Assembly (NCBI GenBank): GCA_963705375.1
Contig: OY970071.1
Coordinates: 1,177,603-1,209,602 of the forward strand
Origin: Candidatus Saccharimonadota bacterium
GTDB taxonomy: Archaea; Micrarchaeota; Micrarchaeia; Micrarchaeales; Micrarchaeaceae
DNA: 32,000 bases
Direction of reading: 5' to 3'
The translations under genes were made by a program, and so were the position numbers. The notes under the pieces are model-generated. The model did no database searches. It was not told the origin of the DNA and worked only from the letters and a program-made list of their open reading frames with translations. Position 1 is the stretch's first letter. Each line of letters starts with the position of its first letter. This document shows, one piece after another, positions 22,619-30,333 of this stretch.

Positions 22619-22772
22619 AACAACAAAGCTTATTCCGCAAAAGAATATAAACACTAACCTAAATGGCTTTTGTTATGTGTTGCGTACTTACTTGCGGCGC
22701 TTGCGCCATTTTGTGTCCTTAAGTTAGGTACCGGCTGTAAAGTGCTATAAAGGTGCATTCCAGATTCTTTAT

Positions 22773-24350
22773 ATGCCAGCATGGAGCGACCTGGAGCCAT
22801 ACGACCGGCTTGTCAACATCCAGATGGTAGAGCCAAGAGCGTACCAGATCAACATAATAAAGAGCATAAATTCAGGCATGAACTCTCTCGTCATACTGCC
22901 GACAGGTCTGGGAAAGACTCTCATAGCTGTGTTTGCCATAGCGAAGGCGCTGCACGAAGGCAAGAGTGCGATAGTGCTGGCGCCCACGAAGCCGCTCAGC
23001 GACCAGCACTATAAGTCGATATCGAATCTGCTAAACGTTGACAAGAGCATACTGCTTCTGCTGACAGGCACTTTGAGTGGCAAGAAGAGGGAAGCGCTCG
23101 AGGTGAATGCGAGAGTCATCGTCGCGACTCCGCAGACAGTGGCAAACGACCTTCAGAAGGGCCGGCTGTCTTTAAAGGATTGTTCGATTGTCGTTTTCGA
23201 CGAATGTCACAGGGCTGTAGGGCGTTATGCCTACACTTACATAGCGGACGAGTGCAAGCTTCGCGGAATACAGCTGCTAGGCCTTACTGCCTCTCCCGGC
23301 GGCGACACTAAGAAGATAGAGGCACTCATAGAGAAGCTTGACATAAAGAACATCGAGATACGGATAAGCACTGACATTGACGTGGTGCCTTACGTGATGT
23401 CAAAGGAGATGACCACGATGCATGTTGATATCGGCGCAACTATCAATGCGATAATGTCAACTCTTAAACCGGCCATAGACGAGCACCTTGGCAATCTCTA
23501 CAGCAGAGGGATGAGTCCTTTCAAGAATTTTGACAACATGTCAAAGCGCAGGATACTCGAAATAGGCGACAACATAGGCAAGATACAGGCCGCAAATTAC
23601 AAGTTTTCCCTACTTTTCGACTACACGTACCTGCTGAACCTTGCGCATGCCTATGATCTTGTGAGCACCGAAGGCCTGTATCCCTTCATACACTACCTCG
23701 ATTCACTAGAGGCCAGAGAAAGCAAAAGTCGTGGCGTGAAGAGCCTTCTGTCAAGCACAGCTGTGCGCTCTGCGTTGAACATGGCCAAGAATGCCGTGAC
23801 GAACGGCGATGAACACCCCAAGATGTTCCTTGCAATCAGCACGGTGAAGAACCAGCTCGCGGACAAGAGCGTAATAGTGTTCGCGCAATACCGTTCCACC
23901 ATCAAGAGGCTCGTGGAGCTCTTCAATGCGAACGGGATAGGTGCAAGACCATTCGTCGGCAAAAAGGAGGGCATAACACAGGGCCAGCAGCAGCAGACGA
24001 TAAACGACTTTCGTGATGGAAAGTTCCGCGTGCTCGTCGCGACTTCTATCGGAGAAGAAGGCCTGGACATTCCTGCCGTAGACGCAGTCATACTCTATGA
24101 GCCGGTGCCGAGCGAGATACGCAACATACAAAGGCGCGGCAGGGCCGGCCGGATCAAGTTCGGCCAGGTGTTTGTGCTGGTTGCAAGCAAGACAAAGGAT
24201 GAGAAATATCTGATGATATCTAGGCTTAGGGAGAAGCGCATGCGCGACCTTGTGCTCAAGATAAAGCAGAGGTTCGCAGCAGATTCTATGGGTACTGCAG
24301 GTGTTGTCGGGAAGGGTCAGAGAACGCTGCTTCCGCTGGCAAACGGTTAA
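22773..24350 (+). CDS. hef: Hef/FANCM/Mph1-type SF2 helicase (helicase module only, no ERCC4 nuclease domain)
   Basis: Motifs EPRAYQ, PTGLGKT (I), DECHRAVGRYAY (II), LTASPG (III), VLVATSIGEEGLDIP (V) and QRRGRAGR (VI). At 525 aa it is about the length of the helicase half of euryarchaeal Hef. ctataaag lies about 25 nt upstream of the ATG. Confidence 0.8.
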   Translation: MPAWSDLEPYDRLVNIQMVEPRAYQINIIKSINSGMNSLVILPTGLGKTLIAVFAIAKALHEGKSAIVLAPTKPLSDQHYKSISNLLNVDKSILLLLTGTLSGKKREALEVNARVIVATPQTVANDLQKGRLSLKDCSIVVFDECHRAVGRYAYTYIADECKLRGIQLLGLTASPGGDTKKIEALIEKLDIKNIEIRISTDIDVVPYVMSKEMTTMHVDIGATINAIMSTLKPAIDEHLGNLYSRGMSPFKNFDNMSKRRILEIGDNIGKIQAANYKFSLLFDYTYLLNLAHAYDLVSTEGLYPFIHYLDSLEARESKSRGVKSLLSSTAVRSALNMAKNAVTNGDEHPKMFLAISTVKNQLADKSVIVFAQYRSTIKRLVELFNANGIGARPFVGKKEGITQGQQQQTINDFRDGKFRVLVATSIGEEGLDIPAVDAVILYEPVPSEIRNIQRRGRAGRIKFGQVFVLVASKTKDEKYLMISRLREKRMRDLVLKIKQRFAADSMGTAGVVGKGQRTLLPLANG

Positions 24351-24382
24351 ATCCTTTTGTTAACAACTATGCGCGTGATGCA

Positions 24383-24769
24383 GTGTTGCGCTATTCAAAA
24401 GGGGCAAGGGGTGAGCGCGAATTGCTCAACTATCTTCACGGCAAGGCTTATTCTGTTGTCAGGTCTGCAGGTAGCGGCGTCAATTCAATAAGCCCTGACA
24501 TCATCGCCATAAAGCGCGGCAAAGGCCTCGCTTTCGAATGCAAGGCGTGGGACAGGTCAAGCCTATCGATAGAGCCTGAAAAATATGATGTGCTGTGCGA
24601 GTGGGAGCGGAACACCTGCATGGACACGTTCGTAGCGTGGCGAATGAACGGTCAGGGCTGGTTCTTCATAAAGACCACAGAAATGAACAAGTGCGAAAAG
24701 AGCTACACAGTGACCAAGACGCAGGCATTTGCGATAGGAAGGCGGCTGGAATCTCTTATAATCGATTGA
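24383..24769 (+). CDS. hjc: Holliday junction resolvase Hjc
   Basis: SKGARGERELLNYLHGKAYSVVRSAGSG...SPDIIAIKRGKGLAFECKA carries the Hjc catalytic E...D...E.K arrangement. 128 aa with a GTG start, 32 nt after the hef stop. Confidence 0.85.
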   Translation: MLRYSKGARGERELLNYLHGKAYSVVRSAGSGVNSISPDIIAIKRGKGLAFECKAWDRSSLSIEPEKYDVLCEWERNTCMDTFVAWRMNGQGWFFIKTTEMNKCEKSYTVTKTQAFAIGRRLESLIID

Positions 24770-24826
24770 ACTTTTTTCAGTGCAGAAACAATAGGATATA
24801 CTGCTCTCATCGCTTTCTGAAAAATC
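24770..24826. terminator. Bidirectional oligo-T terminator region between convergent genes
   Basis: A tttttt tract (24773-24778) follows the hjc stop. ctgaaaaa (24817-24824) reads as tttttcag on the minus strand after the stop of the 24845 gene. The two also form an inverted repeat. Confidence 0.35.
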
Positions 24827-24844
24827 TCAAGTCTAAGTTAAAAT

Positions 24845-25450
24845 CTACTTTATGGCGTGCAAAGAGTTATCGAGCGTGTATAGCTGCGCAAAATCAGGTT
24901 CTAGATCGATGGTGGTTATTGCGGCGTTCTTTTGTTTTATGTTTTTAGTTTTATTTAGAGGGATGCCTATCAATGATGAGATGATCACTCGGTTTACGAC
25001 ATTGTGCCCGACCACAATGATCGTGGGATTCCCTGGTTCTTGTGCAATCTTTTCTATCAGAGGCATTACTCGTTTTTGTACGTCATTTATGCTCTCGCCT
25101 TTCGGTATCTTTTTTTCTGGGTACTGATAGATGTCTCTGAAGATTTTAGGATACTTCTCTTTGACTTCCTCATGGCTTAGTCCAACCAGATCTCCCATGT
25201 CTATTTCGCGAAGTTCTTCTCTGTAGATAATCTCGCAGTTTCTCCCTTCGAGCATAATCCCGCATGTCTGTCTGGCCCTGTTTGATGGGCTGCAGTAGGC
25301 CCTGAGTATTCTTTCTCTCTTAAATCGTCGCTTCAGCGCCATCGCCTGTCTTTCGCCTCTCTGTGATAGGGTGCCTTCTTCCTTTCCTCCAAGGATGACA
25401 GTCCCTGCGTTTGCAGTTGTTTCTGCGTGTCTTATTAATATGAATTTCAT
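24845..25450 (-). CDS. Histidine phosphatase superfamily protein (phosphoglycerate mutase-like)
   Basis: N-terminal LIRHAETTAN (RHG/A-type catalytic His), SPSNRARQT, GES and VVGHNVVNR motifs. 201 aa. Confidence 0.85.
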   Translation of the reverse strand: MKFILIRHAETTANAGTVILGGKEEGTLSQRGERQAMALKRRFKRERILRAYCSPSNRARQTCGIMLEGRNCEIIYREELREIDMGDLVGLSHEEVKEKYPKIFRDIYQYPEKKIPKGESINDVQKRVMPLIEKIAQEPGNPTIIVVGHNVVNRVIISSLIGIPLNKTKNIKQKNAAITTIDLEPDFAQLYTLDNSLHAIK

Positions 25451-25561
25451 GATGATGCCTCGATTAGTCTCTTTGCATTTACATTCTGCATCGCAATGTA
25501 TGCGTCTGCATCTTTTAATACTTTTCGTGTTGTGTGTGACGCAATGCCATAATCATGTGGT

Positions 25562-25616
25562 GCAGCGCTTGCGCTGCGCCAATAAAAAAACAGAAAAAGA
25601 AAGAAAAGAAAAAGAT
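25562..25616 (-). terminator. T-rich terminator tract plus GC hairpin downstream of the 25627 gene
   Basis: On the minus strand, after the stop, the sequence reads ctttttcttttctttctttttctgtttttttatt. It is followed by the palindrome GCAGCGC-TT-GCGCTGC (25562-25577). Confidence 0.4.
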
Positions 25617-25626
25617 GTTCCTGTTT

Positions 25627-25989
25627 CTACATTGTTGTGGTCTTCTTGCCGACGAAGGTCAACAGGAATCCGAGTAGGGCAATCCAGAACAGCATCCCTT
25701 GTCCTGCTGTTACGATCACCATAGACATGCCTGAAGCCATTATTAGCTTCCACATTACGCTCTGGTCGTCTGGCATCTTTCCTGCAGCCATGCCTATGCC
25801 CTTAAAGAACAGGGTTATGGCGCCTATTATGGCGAACGCAGCTACGAATGGACCTAAGAACGACGCTGCAGCAAGCCATCCAGTCAATGGGCTGCCATAC
25901 CACGCAAAAATTGCATATAGGTATATCAACGAGCCCAAGAACAGCAAGACACCTCCTGCTGTGCCCATGGAACTTTTCTTTGCTGGCAT
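25627..25989 (-). CDS. Small integral membrane protein (about 4 TM helices)
   Basis: MPAKKSSMGTAGGVLLFLGSLIYLYAIFAWYG... contains four hydrophobic segments. ATG at 25989 is preferred. The track start at 26097 adds a 36-aa charged leader of doubtful validity. Confidence 0.6.
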   Translation of the reverse strand: MPAKKSSMGTAGGVLLFLGSLIYLYAIFAWYGSPLTGWLAAASFLGPFVAAFAIIGAITLFFKGIGMAAGKMPDDQSVMWKLIMASGMSMVIVTAGQGMLFWIALLGFLLTFVGKKTTTM

Positions 25990-26164
25990 TTTATCACTTT
26001 CTATGGAGCACTTGAATGGAAAAGTTTTTAAATCTATCTGAGGATTCGTCAGGCGTCTGCGGTGCCTCTTCATATCTGGATGGCCCTCTTGCTTCAAACC
26101 GTCTGTTACAGTCTGTTTGCAAACTTCTTAGGCCTTTCTAGGTTCTGGCGCGTCGGGCCGATGA

Positions 26165-26665
26165 CTACATCGGATGTGCCCCCCGTGGGTTAGGTACTTC
26201 TGCGGAACTGCCATGGTTTCTGCCCCACCATCCTCTGAACAATGTATCGAACTCTGGAGATTCCGCGAATCTTGGTTCGCCTTTCTCATGAGCATCACTC
26301 AGACTCTGAAGCGGTGCTCCTACTAGCTCTTCATAGATGTTGATTGCCCTGTCTACAGCAGATAAGTGCGTCATAAGATCCATGTCGCTAGTCACAAGGG
26401 TGTGCAATACATAATCTTTGACTACTCCTACGTTTCCAACAACAGCCGCAGGCAGAGTGCCCCTGAGGGCATCGCCCCTAAGGGCTTCAAAAGCCATTTC
26501 AAGATTACCGACAGCATCCTGCAATGCAAACTCAAATGTTTCCTTTGGCACATGCCACGCTAAAATCTCGTCGATGGCATTCCAATTTATCTCCGCATCT
26601 TGATGTTCCTCGTCTCTACGCAAATCGCGATTATCCTGGTTATTATTGCTCCTTGTCGCCGTCAT
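26165..26665 (-). CDS. Hypothetical protein (166 aa)
   Basis: The ORF runs from the ATG at 26665 (MTATRSNN...). The track start at 26677 is a TTG. The minus-strand TATA-like ggtataagtattt is centred about 35 nt upstream. No motif recognised. Confidence 0.5.
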   Translation of the reverse strand: MTATRSNNNQDNRDLRRDEEHQDAEINWNAIDEILAWHVPKETFEFALQDAVGNLEMAFEALRGDALRGTLPAAVVGNVGVVKDYVLHTLVTSDMDLMTHLSAVDRAINIYEELVGAPLQSLSDAHEKGEPRFAESPEFDTLFRGWWGRNHGSSAEVPNPRGAHPM

Positions 26666-26804
26666 TTCATCACGCAAAAATTGAATATGTCCAAATACTT
26701 ATACCTTCTTTTTTGGCAATTTATCGGTGAAAATCTGGAAAAGTGCAAAAAGGCACAGGGCATAATTTTGCCGTCTCATCGCATTTGCCGATGGAAGCAT
26801 AAGG

Positions 26805-26897
26805 TGGACTCCGCGGGAGACTCATAAGCAAAGGCTTATTTTGAACCCGCAACCTCCTGCATGCCATGCAGGCGCGCTACCGTTGCGCCAGGAGCCC
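26805..26897 (-). tRNA. tRNA-Ala (GGC) with a 21-nt non-canonical intron inside the T-loop
   Basis: The minus strand reads GGGCTCC TG GCGC AACGGTA GCGC G CCTGC ATGGCAT GCAGG AGGTT GCGGG TTCAAA [ataagcctttgcttatgagtc] T CCCGC GGAGTCC A. With the insert removed, all stems pair, the T-loop becomes TTCAAAT, and the acceptor carries the G3:U70 alanine identity pair. The insert has its own ATAAGC/GCTTAT hairpin. Confidence 0.75.
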
Positions 26898-26985
26898 ACG
26901 CTGATTTTATGTATAACAAGAATAATAAGGGTTGTCCTGAGGCGTTTTACCTTGCCATGCGGTGTCTCACAGTACTAAAGGCCTC

Positions 26986-27663
26986 TCATTTGTGCTTTGT
27001 GTATCTGTCCAAGTAAGGTTTGATGCTTTCGTCGTTGATCTGCTCAGGCTTTATTCCCATATTTGCAAATATCCTACTTTCAACATCAAGTGCATTTCTG
27101 AGCAGCGAAGTCACAATCGCTACTCTTGCCCTGTTAGTTGCGCTGATGCTCTTGCTGTTTCTTTCGGCAAACTCTGCAAATCGTTCTGCAACGCTCAATA
27201 CTCCTTTCGGGCTGACCCTTTCGTCCGCATATTCGCAGAGCATAAGTTCATAGTCATGCGCTTCTTCAGGGTTGCGGAGCACATAAATCATACGGTCGAC
27301 AAGGGAGACAACCTTGCTGCTTACGCCGAGCTCCTTCATCATGTTGCGTGTTGCATCGTACTCGCTGCTGCCGTATTTGCCCATTGTTTCTGTTTTGACT
27401 TTACGCCAATAATCTATTCTTTTCGCTTCTTCACCTAGAAGATGTGCGTCAGTTTCGCCAAGGTCGAACTTTGCTATGTTTCCGAGATCGTGCAGCAAGC
27501 ATGCCGCTATGATGTCCTCTTTATTTATCGCAGTGCCGTGCCAGTTATCGCACAGCATCTCTGCAACAGAAGCAGTCCTCAGCATGTGCAGCCTGAGGTT
27601 GGGTGGTATCTTGAACCTGTCGTAAATATCGCGAATGGCGTCGCGTATCTCTGCGCCCTTCAT
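26986..27663 (-). CDS. HD-domain metal-dependent phosphohydrolase
   Basis: LHMLRTASVAEML...ACLLHDLGNI supplies the H...HD motif, with a downstream EYADERV acidic residue. 225 aa. It starts 5 nt after the Sm gene stop. Confidence 0.8.
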   Translation of the reverse strand: MKGAEIRDAIRDIYDRFKIPPNLRLHMLRTASVAEMLCDNWHGTAINKEDIIAACLLHDLGNIAKFDLGETDAHLLGEEAKRIDYWRKVKTETMGKYGSSEYDATRNMMKELGVSSKVVSLVDRMIYVLRNPEEAHDYELMLCEYADERVSPKGVLSVAERFAEFAERNSKSISATNRARVAIVTSLLRNALDVESRIFANMGIKPEQINDESIKPYLDRYTKHK

Positions 27664-27668
27664 ATGAT

Positions 27669-27893
27669 CTACACAGGCGAAACAAAGATTATATTGCCTC
27701 CCCTTAGGAGTATTGTTCCGAGCTTTGACTTCAACTCGCCGCCATTGTCCAGCTCCTCAGAACCCTCCATGACGATGTTCATGTGTGCGTCAAATGCGAC
27801 TATTTTGCCTCTTACGCTTGTGTTGTTTTTAAGCCTGACAAGCACTTGACGGCCAATCGATTTGTTAAGCAGATCAAACGGTCTTTCTTCCAT
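27669..27893 (-). CDS. Archaeal Sm-like (LSm/SmAP) protein
   Basis: 74 aa. Sm1 motif: VLVRLKNNTSVRGKIVAFDAHMNIVM. Sm2 motif: LGTILLRGGNIIFVSP. The minus-strand atataaaaa is centred 27 nt upstream of the ATG. Confidence 0.9.
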   Translation of the reverse strand: MEERPFDLLNKSIGRQVLVRLKNNTSVRGKIVAFDAHMNIVMEGSEELDNGGELKSKLGTILLRGGNIIFVSPV

Positions 27894-27945
27894 GTAGTGT
27901 TAATGTGAATGCAGGTTTTTATATGTTGCTGGTTTTGCTGGCTTG

Positions 27946-28218
27946 TCAACGACCGGTGCGCGATCGTTTATTTTTAACAAATCCGAAGTAATAGAATATT
28001 ACGAACAGTGCCACATCCGCAGTGGCCCTTATTATGCTTGATTCTGGCGTTATTATGAATCCAAGCACTGCCGGAATCGAAAGCTTGTTGAAATACAACA
28101 GGAGATCGACAATCAATGCCCAGGTCGTCAATCCTGTTAAGAACACAAAAACCTCTTTCCAACTGCGCTTATGAGTCCTTCTCTTGTACCTTCTTCTTGA
28201 TACTGCCATAAATCCCAT
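27946..28218 (-). CDS. Small membrane protein (90 aa, 2-3 TM)
   Basis: MGFMAVSRRRYKRRTHKRSWKEVFVFLTGLTTWALIVDLLLYF... The ATG at 28218 has a TATA-like box (28238-28251) 27 nt upstream. The track start at 28299 would leave only 12 nt to the divergent gene. Confidence 0.45.
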   Translation of the reverse strand: MGFMAVSRRRYKRRTHKRSWKEVFVFLTGLTTWALIVDLLLYFNKLSIPAVLGFIITPESSIIRATADVALFVIFYYFGFVKNKRSRTGR

Positions 28219-28311
28219 AGTTACATCACTGGTAAGCCTTAAAAATATTGACAGCATGGCTTCTGGCCGAGTCATGCGCTCGCGAAAGGCTTTAAGCACT
28301 CTTTCTCAAAT

Positions 28312-29289
28312 ATGTGCGTGGAAATCGACAGACGCCGCGCCAGCGCGACAATGGCCCTGCTCGGGGGATTCTTCTCTGTATTCTATGTGTTCCACTATAT
28401 GCAGGTGCTATCATATTCGCTTGGTGCATACTATGAAGCCGAAAGCATTGTGAGTGCTAACAGCATAAACGCGACGCCGGCCATGTTTTCGATGATGGCC
28501 GGGTCGAGTAGCATAAGGCTCGCCCTTTACCTTACATACGTCCTACTGCCGTTCGCAATGGTCATGTTGACAATAGGCGTGCTCTGGTTCTTCGCAAAGG
28601 TGTACTCTCGGCTAACGGGTTCGGTACTGCTCCTTACGTCTCTCATATATCTCCTGATAGTCGCTGCTCTGGAGAACAACTTCGTCTTCCACAGCACATG
28701 GCTGGGGCTCGCCATTGTGTGCGTCAGCGGTCTTCTCACATTGGTGGCCAGTGTGAATTCTCTTGGCGCTTTCGGTGGCGGCATGTTTGCTGCTCCTGAT
28801 AAGGCACGAAGGCGTCCGGTGCAGATAGGCATAGATCCTGAGATGCCCTATACCAACATGCAGGTGCTTTCTAGCAAGCTGATGGGCAGGCTTAGCGGAG
28901 AGTTGAAGATACTCGACATGCACTTCGATGCTTCTGCTTTAGACAATCTGATGCGTATGGTCAGCAAGAATGCCGACCGGTACTCTAAGATAGAGGTGCT
29001 ATCCAAGCGGGACAGGCTCGGGGAAGAGTTTGCGTTGGTGTACCGGGATTTCAAGACAGAGATGCTTTCAAAACATGTCGAGTTCGATCTGCGCGTTCTC
29101 GATGATGGTGACGCATCGAAGCAGCACGAAAGGTTTCTGTTTGACGGCAACGAGGCGTACAAGATTCCTCCTTTGAACATAATAAATAGAAAGAGCGAGC
29201 ACATCACCGCAGTGAACCGCAGCGACGCAGCAAAACGATTCGACGACCTCTGGTCTAGAGCGATAAAATTCGATAACCTGCGCAGCTAA
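28312..29289 (+). CDS. Membrane protein (about 4 N-terminal TM helices) with cytoplasmic C-terminal domain weakly resembling a degenerate PLD/HKD-fold domain
   Basis: The N-terminal 170 aa is hydrophobic. The C-terminal region, ELKILDMHFDASALDNLMRMV...IEVLSKRD...QHERFLFDGNEAYKIPPLNII...AAKRFDDLW, follows the PLD-like layout (..I.I...YF......L..A...GV.V.IL....H.K....D......GS.N...F...W). However, it has HER where H.K is expected, off-by-one spacing, and PPLN where GS.N is expected. An alternative start is at 28351. Confidence 0.6.
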   Translation: MCVEIDRRRASATMALLGGFFSVFYVFHYMQVLSYSLGAYYEAESIVSANSINATPAMFSMMAGSSSIRLALYLTYVLLPFAMVMLTIGVLWFFAKVYSRLTGSVLLLTSLIYLLIVAALENNFVFHSTWLGLAIVCVSGLLTLVASVNSLGAFGGGMFAAPDKARRRPVQIGIDPEMPYTNMQVLSSKLMGRLSGELKILDMHFDASALDNLMRMVSKNADRYSKIEVLSKRDRLGEEFALVYRDFKTEMLSKHVEFDLRVLDDGDASKQHERFLFDGNEAYKIPPLNIINRKSEHITAVNRSDAAKRFDDLWSRAIKFDNLRS

Positions 29290-29338
29290 CCTAACTTCGG
29301 TATTATATGTGTTAAGCTGCAAATACTACGCGGTGCAC

Positions 29339-30241
29339 ATGAAGGTCACAGAGATAGAGGCCAAGACGATACTTTCAAAATCGAGCCTTCCTGATGCCGA
29401 CTATGCCATAAATCCATATGTCGGGTGTGAGTTCGGCTGCGTCTATTGTTATGCGAGCTTCATGGGCAGGTTTGTCAACGAGACTGTGGGAAACTGGGGA
29501 AAATACGTATACGTGAAGAAGAATGCTGTCGAGTTGTTCAGGAAGGCGCTTCTTGGGTTGTCTGGCGTGCAGAGGAACGCAACCATTCTGCTGAGCTCTG
29601 TTACAGACCCTTATCAGGGCGTCGAGTCCCGTTACTTGCTTACGCGTGGCATACTGCAGGCCCTTGCAGAGGACGGTTATCCTGGAGAGGTCAGCATACT
29701 CACCAAATCTGCGCTCGTGTTGCGCGATATCGATCTGCTTAAACGGATAAGGAGCTGCGAGGTTGGCATGACTGTCACAACTGCCGATGATGCGCTGAGC
29801 CGGCTGCTCGAGGTCAGGGCTACGCAATCAAGTCAACGCCTGAATACGCTTTCTCGCCTTCACAAAGAAGGCATACGTACGTGTGCGTCTGTCGGTCCTC
29901 TTCTCCCACACTTCAGGTACAAGCCGGAACTGCTTGACGACCTGTTCTCGAGGCTCTCCAAGTCTAAGGTGAGCTATGTGTGGATCGAGCACATGAACAT
30001 GCAGCCGTATATCCGAGAACGCCTGTTCGACGCACTCGTCTGTGCGCCAGAAGAGTTACAGGCAGTCTACAGAAATGCTGATTGCGCAGAGCATAGACGC
30101 GCTCTTGATGTAATTGTTGCTGAACTTGCGAAGAAGCACGGTCTTGTGCTTGCCGAAGGCCGCGTTCTCTATCACAACGAGTATGCTAGTGGTTGGAAGA
30201 AAAAGACGCCCTATATGGGAGTACAGAAGCCGCTTGTCTGA
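29339..30241 (+). CDS. Radical SAM protein (COG1533 / SplB-like family)
   Basis: INPYVGCEFGCVYCYA supplies the C...C..C cluster motif near the N-terminus, in the context typical of the so-called DNA repair photolyase radical-SAM family. tattatat lies about 34 nt upstream of the ATG at 29339. The track start at 29309 falls inside that box. Confidence 0.8.
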   Translation: MKVTEIEAKTILSKSSLPDADYAINPYVGCEFGCVYCYASFMGRFVNETVGNWGKYVYVKKNAVELFRKALLGLSGVQRNATILLSSVTDPYQGVESRYLLTRGILQALAEDGYPGEVSILTKSALVLRDIDLLKRIRSCEVGMTVTTADDALSRLLEVRATQSSQRLNTLSRLHKEGIRTCASVGPLLPHFRYKPELLDDLFSRLSKSKVSYVWIEHMNMQPYIRERLFDALVCAPEELQAVYRNADCAEHRRALDVIVAELAKKHGLVLAEGRVLYHNEYASGWKKKTPYMGVQKPLV

Positions 30242-30333
30242 CAAACTAGACGTCATTGCAGCTCGTTGTTCGATACGCGACGCACTCGATTATATATTTA
30301 AATAACTTCCCAAGCATGGTTTAGACAATCTTC

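Noticed and set aside
22445-22654. Two minus-strand ORFs (63 and 69 aa) between the GT2 gene and hef.
   Set aside because: They overlap a well-formed tRNA-Phe gene on the same strand, so the RNA gene explains the conservation of this interval.
25449-25455. C-box-like ATGATGA next to the start of the phosphatase gene, as a possible C/D box sRNA.
   Set aside because: No D box (CTGA) or C'/D' pair occurs at the appropriate distance downstream, and the motif overlaps the start codon region of a protein gene on the opposite strand.
26962-27849. Plus-strand ORFs of 158, 77 and 135 aa across the HD-domain and Sm genes.
   Set aside because: They are antisense to two genes with clear family motifs (H..HD; Sm1/Sm2) and have no motifs of their own.
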